A stretch of DNA of 64,000 nucleotides from contig JBGSUB010000019.1 of NCBI GenBank assembly GCA_041753535.1, positions 917-64,916 on the forward strand. Reading direction: 5' to 3'. Position 1 is the first letter of the stretch; each line of letters starts with the position of its first letter. Both the position numbers and the translations under genes were made by a program. The notes under the pieces were generated by a model. The model had not been told where the DNA came from. It worked only from the letters and a program-made list of their open reading frames with translations, and searched no databases. The stretch comes from Lentimicrobiaceae bacterium. Lineage in GTDB: Bacteria > Bacteroidota > Bacteroidia > Bacteroidales > UBA4417. Below are positions 55,762-64,000 of this stretch, piece after piece.

Positions 55762-57225
55762 ATGAAAACCGTTTTGTATTATTCCGGCATTGCAAGTATC
55801 ATAATTTTATCTTTTTTCTGCTATTCCTCCAATTTCTATCCGCTTTTAAGTTCCGACGATGCCATACAGGTTTTAATGATTCATTATTTTCAGTTACCTG
55901 ATGACTTTTATTTCTGGGGCCAGGACCGGTATGGATCTTTGATTCCATTACTTGGGCAGATATTTTACCATGGACTTGGATTATCACCGCTTACTTCCGA
56001 ATCCATTGTACATTACTCATTAATTATAGCCGGTTATTTTGCTTTCGCTTCATTTTTTAAATCGAAATTCAGCAGGCTGATACTGGTAGTAACCTGGTTT
56101 TTTCCTCCTTTTCATCTGATTGACTTTTTACGCGGAAATATAGGGCTGGAATACAGTTTGCTGGCAATCGGTATTTTTCTGATAAACAAGCTTAATGAAA
56201 ATACCTTTCGGGAAAACAGGTTAAAACTGCATATGCTTTTTCTATTCATAACCATTCTTTTTATGCTTGCAACCTGGGTTTCGGATCTTGCGGTTATATC
56301 CGTTTCCCTCATACTTTTGCTTCAGATATATTTTGGGAAATTTGCTAAAGGAATCCATTATAATGCTTTATTCAACTGGAAACCAGCAACATACTATCTG
56401 TTTACCGGAATTTTAATAGGAATAGCCTTAATTTTCTATGGGAAAACTCATGCTGATAGATCACCTTTATACAACAGCTTCAACGATTTCGGTACAACTA
56501 TTGAGTCACTCAGGATGTTTTTCGGTTCAATCTCCGATCTGCTGGTATTTAAAGCAAACGAACCTTTTACAAGTGCATATCTTTACCTGGTTCTGACACT
56601 TGTCGTCATATTATTCTTATTCCATACTAAAATTCAACTTCCCGAAACCCAGAAAAAATGGTTCCTGTTTTTTGTTCTGGACTGCATTTTAATCTTCGTA
56701 GTGATAATAATTTCGAAATGGTCGTACACCAATGGAATGCCAAGGCGTTATTTTGCAAGCAATTATATCACTTTCTGGATGGCTTTTCTGCTTGCCTTCG
56801 AATACCTGGCTGAATCAAAAATAAAACAAACGATGCGAATCATATTGTTGATCGCTGTTATAATTGCCGGAGCCGGATGTGTTTATAACATGAAATATAT
56901 CTGGCCAAAAACACTGAAACCCCGGGCCGAATATGCACGCGAATTCGAAAGCCTTGGCAGAATCGGAATTATTGGTAACTACTGGAATTCATATATTAAT
57001 TCGGTAACAAACCCGGAACAGATTATTGCCACACCCGATGATCGATCGTGTGTGCGTAACCGTCAAATGGCTTTTGAAGTGATGAAAAGGGACACTTTTT
57101 ATATAATCCGCGACGGATGGCTGGAGGTATTTCCGGATTCGCTAAATCAGTTCGGAACGCCCTTATATAAAAACGGTGAAGAGTTCCGGATGGGCGACTG
57201 TTTTGTATGCAGGTACAGGAAATAG
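55762..57225 (+). CDS. Polytopic membrane protein, GT-C-like (putative glycosyltransferase)
   Basis: It has about 11 TM helices and a C-terminal soluble domain. The first loop reads SSDDAIQVLMIHYF...WGQDRYGSL. Confidence 0.55.
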   Translation: MKTVLYYSGIASIIILSFFCYSSNFYPLLSSDDAIQVLMIHYFQLPDDFYFWGQDRYGSLIPLLGQIFYHGLGLSPLTSESIVHYSLIIAGYFAFASFFKSKFSRLILVVTWFFPPFHLIDFLRGNIGLEYSLLAIGIFLINKLNENTFRENRLKLHMLFLFITILFMLATWVSDLAVISVSLILLLQIYFGKFAKGIHYNALFNWKPATYYLFTGILIGIALIFYGKTHADRSPLYNSFNDFGTTIESLRMFFGSISDLLVFKANEPFTSAYLYLVLTLVVILFLFHTKIQLPETQKKWFLFFVLDCILIFVVIIISKWSYTNGMPRRYFASNYITFWMAFLLAFEYLAESKIKQTMRIILLIAVIIAGAGCVYNMKYIWPKTLKPRAEYAREFESLGRIGIIGNYWNSYINSVTNPEQIIATPDDRSCVRNRQMAFEVMKRDTFYIIRDGWLEVFPDSLNQFGTPLYKNGEEFRMGDCFVCRYRK

Positions 57226-57230
57226 GAACG

Positions 57231-57779
57231 TTATTCATCCTGTTTTTCTGGTTTGCCGATTGGATTATTTTCTTCAATAAAATCCTGAACCACAATAGTA
57301 TATTTTCGCAAAAGCGGAATAACTGCAGGTGCTACAGCCGAAACCGGTTTGTACAAAATTGAATTCTTTTTTGATGAAGCTGTCAGGAGGCTTTCCTTCG
57401 GATCGATGCGTGAAAACATCAGGAAAAGGAAACTGGCAATCAATACTCCTTTACCGATGCCAAACAAAGCTCCGGCAATCCGGTTCACTAACCCAAGCCC
57501 GGCCGTTTTAACTACACCGGTCATAAACCGCCCAAGCAGAAAAATTAAAACTATTACTATGACAAAGGTAACCACATATGCTATCAGCCTGATATTAGCA
57601 CTTTTCAAACCCATATCTTTCTGAAGCCAGTCGGCTGTAAACTCCGAAAAATGGGAAGCCGCATAAAATCCGAGTACCAGTCCTGCCAATGTAGCCAGAC
57701 TGATAATCAAACCATTCGAAAAACCTTTATGCGCAAAGTATAAAAGAAAAATGGCCAGTATTATATCGATGGTTGACAT
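57231..57779 (-). CDS. cvpA: CvpA family membrane protein
   Basis: It is 182 aa with four TM helices. IDIILAIFLLYFAHKGFSNGLI is a typical CvpA N-terminus. Confidence 0.75.
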   Translation of the reverse strand: MSTIDIILAIFLLYFAHKGFSNGLIISLATLAGLVLGFYAASHFSEFTADWLQKDMGLKSANIRLIAYVVTFVIVIVLIFLLGRFMTGVVKTAGLGLVNRIAGALFGIGKGVLIASFLFLMFSRIDPKESLLTASSKKNSILYKPVSAVAPAVIPLLRKYTIVVQDFIEENNPIGKPEKQDE

Positions 57780-57871
57780 GTCAATATTTCAGATTATGCC
57801 TGTAATCGGCAGACTTCATTAAAAAGAATCGGAATTTTGATTTTCCTTCCCAAACCCCTAACTCCAAGCCC

Positions 57872-58630
57872 CTAACCCCTATGTACCGGTCTGAGTTTCT
57901 TTGTGAGTTCTGACGTAAACACAAAATCCTGAAGTTCAGGATTATCGGTGAGTAAAATATTACTTTTATCACCTTCCCACCAGATTTTCCCCTTGTAAAT
58001 GAAGTACACTTTCTCCCCTATTTCCAGAACTGAGTTCATATCGTGGGTAACAACCACGGTAGTCATATTATACTCATCGGTTATTTCTTTAATCAGTTCA
58101 TCAATGAGGTGAGCGGTTGGCGGATCGAGGCCGGAATTGGGCTCATCGCAAAAAAGGTAACGCGGGTTCATGGAAATAGCCCGGGCAATAGCCACACGTT
58201 TTTTCATTCCTCCACTCAATTCGGAAGGGTATAATTTGTTAGCGTTTTCAAGGTTTACCCTCGAAAGACAAAAATTGGCGCGATCAAGTTTTTCCGGCAG
58301 AGTCTGCTTCGTAAACATCGTGAGTGGAAACATTACATTTTCTTCCACAGTGAGCGAATCGAACAAAGCGCCACCCTGGAATAACATCCCGATCTCCTGC
58401 CTGATTTCTTTCATTTCGTTGAACGACATCTTCGAAAACTCCCTGTCATCGTAAAACACCTGTCCCTGATCAGCTTGCAATAACCCAACCAGGCATTTAA
58501 GGAGAACCGTTTTCCCCATTCCGCTCTGACCGATAATGAGGTTGGTTAATCCTTTTTCCAGGGTAACTGATATATCGTCAATCACCAAACGATCGCCAAA
58601 ACTCTTACTGATATTCTTGCCTTCTATCAT
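57872..58630 (-). CDS. mlaF: ABC transporter ATP-binding protein (MlaF-like)
   Basis: Walker A is GQSGMGKT, the signature is LSGGMKKR and Walker B is LFCDEP. Its start overlaps the stop of the upstream permease gene by 4 nt (ATGA). Confidence 0.8.
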   Translation of the reverse strand: MIEGKNISKSFGDRLVIDDISVTLEKGLTNLIIGQSGMGKTVLLKCLVGLLQADQGQVFYDDREFSKMSFNEMKEIRQEIGMLFQGGALFDSLTVEENVMFPLTMFTKQTLPEKLDRANFCLSRVNLENANKLYPSELSGGMKKRVAIARAISMNPRYLFCDEPNSGLDPPTAHLIDELIKEITDEYNMTTVVVTHDMNSVLEIGEKVYFIYKGKIWWEGDKSNILLTDNPELQDFVFTSELTKKLRPVHRG

Positions 58631-59376
58631 GCCAGCAGGATTTGAGTCAGAATCAGGTTCATAAAGATGATCGCTATACTGCTGTATACCACACCATTAG
58701 TACTTGCTTCACCAACTTCAAGGGCACCGCCTTTGGTATAATATCCGTTATATGCTGAAACTGAGGCAATTATAAATGCAAAAACAATTGTTTTTACAAA
58801 TGCGTAAAAAATATCATACATATGAAAAAACGACTGTATCCCATAAATATATTCTGCCGATGGGAACAGACCGGTAAAAATGCCTGCAATCCAACCGCCG
58901 CCTACCGCCAGCAACATGCTCATTGCGATCAGGAAAGGGTTGATGAGCATTGAAGCAACAATTTTGGGGAGTATAAGAAAGGTGGCCGGATTTATACCCA
59001 TAATCTCAAGGGCATCAATTTGTTCGGTAACCCGCATGGTGCCCAGTTCCGAAGCAATTCGCGAACCGACTTTGCCGGCTAGTATCAAACTTATGATGGT
59101 AGGCGAAAATTCAAGTTGTACACTTTGCCGGGTAACAAACCCGATGGTGTAGGATGGAATGAGCGGAGTATCAATATTGAACGCCATTTGAATAGCCAGA
59201 ACAGCACCCATAAATACTGATATGATGGCAACAATACCAACAGACGCTAATCCCAGTTTTTCCATTTCTACCAGGATCTGCCTGAAATAAATGGACTGCT
59301 TTTCGGGACGTTGAAACGCCTGCCCTAGCATATTCAGATAGCGCCCAAAGTGGAATAAAAATTTCATCGTACACAA
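58627..59376 (-). CDS. mlaE: MlaE family ABC permease
   Basis: It is a 249-aa polytopic protein. MRVTEQIDALEIMGINP is the conserved MlaE motif. The start could instead be the ATG at 59367. Confidence 0.8.
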   Translation of the reverse strand: MCTMKFLFHFGRYLNMLGQAFQRPEKQSIYFRQILVEMEKLGLASVGIVAIISVFMGAVLAIQMAFNIDTPLIPSYTIGFVTRQSVQLEFSPTIISLILAGKVGSRIASELGTMRVTEQIDALEIMGINPATFLILPKIVASMLINPFLIAMSMLLAVGGGWIAGIFTGLFPSAEYIYGIQSFFHMYDIFYAFVKTIVFAFIIASVSAYNGYYTKGGALEVGEASTNGVVYSSIAIIFMNLILTQILLA

Positions 59377-59505
59377 TAATTAGTGCTAAATTAGCGTAAA
59401 TTTTAAGATCAGCATTCAGTGTGCTTTTTTTTCTGAACAAGCTGAAGGTTCAATTGTTAGAATTTCAGTTAATAAAATGTACACAATAACCTCATAAACA
59501 GGGAA

Positions 59506-59745
59506 ATGAAACGTGTAAAATCGATAAATGTATATTCACAAAGTTCCATAAGGCGGATAGTCCTTGGTGCTTCAATTGTTTTGTTGCTGATGACTACAGC
59601 TTGTACCAGTTCTTACAACAGTTCGAAAAACTGGAATCGCACACCAGCTTCAACCGGTCGTAACAGGTGCGGTTGCCTGCTAAATCCGATTCAACACCAT
59701 GCTATAAAGTTGTATCAGCAACCTACCTATGCCCTACAAGCCTGA
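59506..59745 (+). CDS. Possible small lipoprotein (79 aa)
   Basis: It has a lipobox (LLLMTTAC) followed by a Ser/Asn-rich region. It overlaps the next gene by 17 nt. No family was recognised. Confidence 0.35.
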   Translation: MKRVKSINVYSQSSIRRIVLGASIVLLLMTTACTSSYNSSKNWNRTPASTGRNRCGCLLNPIQHHAIKLYQQPTYALQA

Positions 59746-60367
59746 AACACTGCAGGGTGTACTTTCCCGTTTCCCCGAACAGGCACGCAGACGAGTAGAA
59801 GCCCTTTTCAACGAGTATCATTTTCTTTTCCGTATTACGACTCCCCGCCGGACACGTCTTGGTAGTTTTAAAGGAGTACGTCATGGAGCCAGGCCTGTAA
59901 TCCAGATTAATGCTGACCTTGGGCAATACTCATTCCTGCTGGTATTTCTGCATGAGCTTGCGCACCTGGCGGTGATGAAGCAATTTGGCCGCAAGGCAAA
60001 TCCACATGGCGATGAATGGAAGCACGCATATCGGAAGTTGGTTCAGCCGTTTTTCGATGAACAGGTATTCGCACCATCCCTTACCGCTGAATTACAAAGA
60101 TATTTTATCAAAACACCCGCGACTTTTCATCGAGATACAAAACTGTTGAACACCCTGGCTTCGGTTGAAGGCGGGATTGATATATTAACAGTTAATGATA
60201 TTCCTATAAATGATACGTTTACATTAATGAATGGCCGGCAGTTTGTTAAACTCGAAAAGCTCCGTACCCGATACAGGTGTTTCTGTCCAAAAACAAAAAA
60301 ATACTACCTGGTTCCAAAATCAGCGCAGGTAATACATGAAATGAAACTGCACAATGCAGTAATCTGA
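59729..60367 (+). CDS. SprT-like zinc metalloprotease domain protein
   Basis: It has an HELAH motif followed by HGDEW, as in SprT-like proteins, plus a C-terminal Cys pair. Confidence 0.7.
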   Translation: MPYKPETLQGVLSRFPEQARRRVEALFNEYHFLFRITTPRRTRLGSFKGVRHGARPVIQINADLGQYSFLLVFLHELAHLAVMKQFGRKANPHGDEWKHAYRKLVQPFFDEQVFAPSLTAELQRYFIKTPATFHRDTKLLNTLASVEGGIDILTVNDIPINDTFTLMNGRQFVKLEKLRTRYRCFCPKTKKYYLVPKSAQVIHEMKLHNAVI

Positions 60368-60449
60368 TTACCGGAAACCGGATAAGTAGGTCATCTCAGA
60401 TATGTTTTTTTAAATCATATTTTACAGTCAATTCTGAAACCGGATTTAT

Positions 60450-60457
60450 TACCTTTG
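60450..60457 (+). promoter_or_regulatory. -7 box TACCTTTG
   Basis: It matches TAnnTTTG, 60 nt upstream of the ATG at 60517. Confidence 0.45.
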
Positions 60458-60516
60458 CAAAAAATAATTCCCGTCAAATAGTTGTAATTTAATTTGTTAT
60501 AATAAAACCTAACCTG

Positions 60517-61608
60517 ATGAACAAAGACTATTACTGTGTGATCATGGCCGGCGGTGTCGGAGCCCGTTTCTGGCCGCTTAGCCGCAACCAGCGACCAAAG
60601 CAGTTTATTGATATACTAGGAACCGGTGAAACACTGATTCAGCAAACTTTCAGGAGACTTACAACCATCTGCCCGCCCGAAAATATTTTTGTAGTCACGC
60701 ATAATAATTACTTCGAACAGGTGATTGAACAATTACCTGCCATAGTTCCCGAACATGTGCTTTGCGAACCCATGCGCCGCAATACCGCGCCCTGTATCGC
60801 ATATGCAACTCACAAGATTTATAAGCTGAATCCGAATGCATGTATAGTTGTTGCTCCTTCGGATCATATTATTCTCAAAGAAGAAGAATTTACTCAAACA
60901 CTGCTCTGTGCTTTAAAAGCTGCTTCCCATAATGACTGGCTGCTTACGCTGGGTATTACTCCAAGCCGGCCCGATACCGGATACGGATATATTCAGTTTG
61001 ATGAATCTCATACCTATTCATCCGACTGCAAAGTACGTAAGGTGAAAACCTTTACTGAAAAACCGCATTACGATATGGCAGTTTCATTTTTGCAAAGCGG
61101 TGATTTTCTGTGGAATGCAGGGATTTTTATCTGGTCGATAAAAAGCATAATGAGTGCTTTTGAAAAATACCTTCCTGAAATAGACAGCCTTTTTAAAGAA
61201 GGTGCCGAAATGTACTATACCGAAAGCGAAAACGCTTATATCGAAAGTGCTTATACGGTTTGTAGAAGCATATCTATCGATTATGGAGTAATGGAAAAAG
61301 CGGATAATGTATTTGTGTTGGCTGCTGACATTGGCTGGAGCGACCTGGGCACCTGGGGATCATTATATGATAACTCGGTTAAAGATGCCAATGGCAACGC
61401 TATCATCGGAACTAAACCTCTGACTTACGATACTAAAAACTGTATCATTAATATACCGTCAGATAGGATAGCCGTTATACAGGGCATTGAAGACTGTATT
61501 GTGGTTGAAGATAACGGCGTACTGCTTATCTGCAAACGAAGTGATGAGCAGAATATCAGAAGCTTTGTGGATGCAGTCAGGAACGAAAAAGGGGAACAAT
61601 TCGTTTAA
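60517..61608 (+). CDS. Mannose-1-phosphate guanylyltransferase
   Basis: VIMAGGVGARFWPLSR and PSDH motifs are present in a 363-aa protein. Confidence 0.85.
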   Translation: MNKDYYCVIMAGGVGARFWPLSRNQRPKQFIDILGTGETLIQQTFRRLTTICPPENIFVVTHNNYFEQVIEQLPAIVPEHVLCEPMRRNTAPCIAYATHKIYKLNPNACIVVAPSDHIILKEEEFTQTLLCALKAASHNDWLLTLGITPSRPDTGYGYIQFDESHTYSSDCKVRKVKTFTEKPHYDMAVSFLQSGDFLWNAGIFIWSIKSIMSAFEKYLPEIDSLFKEGAEMYYTESENAYIESAYTVCRSISIDYGVMEKADNVFVLAADIGWSDLGTWGSLYDNSVKDANGNAIIGTKPLTYDTKNCIINIPSDRIAVIQGIEDCIVVEDNGVLLICKRSDEQNIRSFVDAVRNEKGEQFV

Positions 61609-61679
61609 GAATAATTTGCTTTCAGCACCTTCACCCTTTAATGAAAATATTTACCAATTAATTGAATTCAAGACAGCTA

Positions 61680-63833
61680 ATGAAAAAAATCACTCTCTCA
61701 CTTTTTGTACTTTTATCTGTACTCACATTTCAGAGCCGCGCCGACGAAGGCATGTGGCTTCCGTTGTTTATCCAGCGCCTTAACTATGTGGATATGCAAA
61801 AAGAAGGACTGCATCTCACTGCGGAAGAAATCTACAGCATCAATCATTCAAGTCTAAAAGACGCAATTATCATGTTTGGAGGTGGATGCACCGGCGAAAT
61901 TGTGTCGCCAAATGGTCTTATTTTCACCAACCATCATTGCGGATATGGATCAATTCAATCGCATAGTACTGTTGATCACGATTACCTTACCGATGGTTTC
62001 TGGGCAACGCGTTACAGCGAAGAATTGCCAACACCCGGGCTCACTGCGCGATTCCTGGTGAGCATACAGGATGTTACGGGAGCTGTTCTTTCGGGGGTTA
62101 AAGATGACATGACCGAAGCGCAACGCCTCGAAAAGGTGAAAGAAAACGCTAAAAAGATTGAATTTACCAATACAAAAGGAACGCAGTACGAAGCCCGTAC
62201 GGTTTCATTTTTCAACGGGAATGAATATTACCTGTTCCTTTACGAAGTATATAAGGACGTGAGGCTTGTGGGTGCTCCCCCATCGGCAATCGGAAAATTT
62301 GGTGCCGATACGGATAACTGGATGTGGCCCAGGCATACCGGCGATTTCTCGGTTTTTCGCGTTTATGCCAACCGCGACAACAAACCTGCCGAATATTCGG
62401 CTGATAACGTGCCCATGAAACCCAAACAGTTTCTGCCGATTTCCATCAGGGAAAAGAAGTTAGGCGATTATGCCATGGTGATGGGCTACCCCGGCAGTAC
62501 CGACCGTTATGCAACATCATACACCATCAATTGGGCTCTGGAGAAAAACAACCCCATGGTGATTAAAATACGTACGAAGAAACTGGATATCCTTCGCGAA
62601 GATATGGCTGCCGATGCTGCCGTAAGGATTAAATATGCCTCCAAATATGCAGGTTCTGCCAATTACTGGAAATTTTTTATCGGGCAGAATAAGGGGTTAA
62701 AACGATTGGATGTTTTTGAGCGGAAACGCCAGCTTGAGGAAGAGTTTGTAAAATGGTTCACTGCTGACAAGGAGCGCAGTATGAAATACCGCGATGCTTT
62801 GCTCAATATTTCGAACGCTTATGAAACCATAAACAAATACGAAGCGGCAGTAAGGTATAATGCCGAAGCCATAAACCGTGGCTGCGAAATAATTGCTTTT
62901 TCGAGAAATTTCGACAAACTGGCGGAGGAACTGGCCAAACCTACACCCGAAAAGCAATTAATAAAAAAATATACTGATCAGGCAAGTATTGCATCCGAGC
63001 AGTATTTTAAAAACTACAATATGGCTACGGATGTCAAAATGCTGGCTGCCATGCTTCAACTGTATTATACCGATGTTCCAAAACAACTCCAACCCGCCTA
63101 CCTCGAAAAAATTCATAAAAAATACAAAGGAAATTTTGAGGCTTATGCCAATGACGTCTTCAGCAAGACCTTTTTTAGTAGTAAATCTAAAGTGGACCTT
63201 TTTCTGGTTAATCCCCAGATGAAATCCCTTCAAAAAGATCCGGTATGGCCATTGCAGAAGGCTTTTGCTGATAATGCGGCACTTATCGACAGCCTGGTAA
63301 AGCCTTCTTCGGAAATGCTTGCCAAAGGTCGCAGGATTTTTGTGAAAGGCCTGCGCGAAATGCAAAGCGACAAGAATCTTTATCCTGATGCCAACAGTAC
63401 CATGCGTGTTACCTATGGCAAAGTGCTGGATTACAGCCCGGCTGATGCGGTTGATTTCAATTATGTTACAACCCTCGATGGACTTATGGCCAAAGAAGAC
63501 CCCACAAACTGGGAATTCGTTGTTCTCGAAAAACTCAAACAGCTATATAAAGCCAAAGATTATGGCCGCTATGGCGAAAACGGGAAAATGATTGTTGCTT
63601 TCCTGACAAACAATGATATTACCGGCGGTAACTCGGGTAGCCCGGTGCTGAATGGTGATGGTGAACTTACAGGCCTGGCATTTGACGGCAATTGGGAGGC
63701 TATGAGTGGCAATTATGCGTTCGAACCGGATTTGCAGCGCACCATCTGTGTTGATATCAGGTATGTACTGTTTATCATTGAGAAATATGCCGGTGCCGAC
63801 AACCTGATTAAAGAACTCGACATACGCAACTAA
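61680..63833 (+). CDS. S46 family dipeptidyl-peptidase (DPP7/DPP11 type)
   Basis: The start is refined to MKKITLSLF. ADEGMWLP follows the signal peptide. The catalytic His is in TNHHCG and the Ser in GGNSGSPV. Confidence 0.88.
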   Translation: MKKITLSLFVLLSVLTFQSRADEGMWLPLFIQRLNYVDMQKEGLHLTAEEIYSINHSSLKDAIIMFGGGCTGEIVSPNGLIFTNHHCGYGSIQSHSTVDHDYLTDGFWATRYSEELPTPGLTARFLVSIQDVTGAVLSGVKDDMTEAQRLEKVKENAKKIEFTNTKGTQYEARTVSFFNGNEYYLFLYEVYKDVRLVGAPPSAIGKFGADTDNWMWPRHTGDFSVFRVYANRDNKPAEYSADNVPMKPKQFLPISIREKKLGDYAMVMGYPGSTDRYATSYTINWALEKNNPMVIKIRTKKLDILREDMAADAAVRIKYASKYAGSANYWKFFIGQNKGLKRLDVFERKRQLEEEFVKWFTADKERSMKYRDALLNISNAYETINKYEAAVRYNAEAINRGCEIIAFSRNFDKLAEELAKPTPEKQLIKKYTDQASIASEQYFKNYNMATDVKMLAAMLQLYYTDVPKQLQPAYLEKIHKKYKGNFEAYANDVFSKTFFSSKSKVDLFLVNPQMKSLQKDPVWPLQKAFADNAALIDSLVKPSSEMLAKGRRIFVKGLREMQSDKNLYPDANSTMRVTYGKVLDYSPADAVDFNYVTTLDGLMAKEDPTNWEFVVLEKLKQLYKAKDYGRYGENGKMIVAFLTNNDITGGNSGSPVLNGDGELTGLAFDGNWEAMSGNYAFEPDLQRTICVDIRYVLFIIEKYAGADNLIKELDIRN

Positions 63834-63870
63834 CTGATTTGTAGTTTATAATAACATTTTTCCCTTTCTG

Positions 63871-64000
63871 ATGAATCTCAAACATTTTAAAACCGCATTC
63901 CTGATTATCTCGGTCATTACTCTTCTGGCATCCTGTAAAGAAGAAGATCCTCCCCAGCAATATATGCGTGGAGGGAACACCCTTGTACTGGCTGCTGATG
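63871..64000 (+). CDS. Lipoprotein, 3' end cut by the window edge
   Basis: I translated it by hand: MNLKHFKTAFLIISVITLLASCKEEDPP... It has a lipobox. Confidence 0.5.
   Translation, partial: MNLKHFKTAFLIISVITLLASCKEEDPPQQYMRGGNTLVLAAD

Noticed and set aside
1-64000. I searched for tRNA/rRNA/tmRNA/RNase P signatures, CRISPR-like regularly spaced repeats, transposase/integrase genes, reverse transcriptase/DGR repeats, and known defence-system enzymes.
   Set aside because: I saw no GGTTCGAATCC-type T-arm in any intergenic region and no repeat-spacer array. No ORF had DDE, tyrosine-recombinase, RT, nuclease or NTPase-defence motifs. The only candidates of unknown function are the DUF4143 ATPases, which are reported separately.

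Overview
This is a chromosomal segment from a Bacteroidota genome. Three observations support that: TAnnTTTG -7 promoter boxes sit close to start codons, nine proteins end in type-IX-secretion (T9SS) C-terminal sorting domains, and a TonB-dependent receptor carries an N-terminal carboxypeptidase-regulatory-like domain. About 45 protein genes are supported. I found no rRNA, tRNA, CRISPR array, transposase, integrase or phage gene. Housekeeping genes are ispG, recO, lysS, pth, pgk, an ALDH7-type dehydrogenase, an omega-amidase plus aminotransferase pair, mlaEF-like genes, cvpA and a mannose-1-P guanylyltransferase. These are interleaved with accessory cell-surface genes. Accessory content includes a T9SS cargo island at about 23.4-37.8 kb (delta-60-repeat protein, two Omp28/thioredoxin-like CxxC proteins, a C25 gingipain-family peptidase, a BNR/sialidase-like giant). 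It also includes S9 and S46 peptidases, a PorZ-like double-propeller protein flanked by lipid-linked glycosylation genes, and two AAA+/DUF4143 ATPases. The best candidate for an undescribed system is a four-gene, Cys/His-rich minus-strand cluster at 37864-42906. It encodes a small HYC..CC membrane protein, a TonB-dependent receptor, a T9SS-secreted thioredoxin-like protein, and an outer-membrane barrel fused to a C-terminal YxCPMHP..CxxCGMDL heavy-metal-binding motif. I propose an envelope metal or thiol-handling function for it. Other points worth a second look are three 33-bp tandem repeats upstream of one DUF4143 ATPase, a GT2::GT-C fusion, a 722-bp ORF-free spacer with a structured palindrome, and C/G-tract low-complexity tails just after stop codons. 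All functional calls come from motif recognition by eye. No database search was run.
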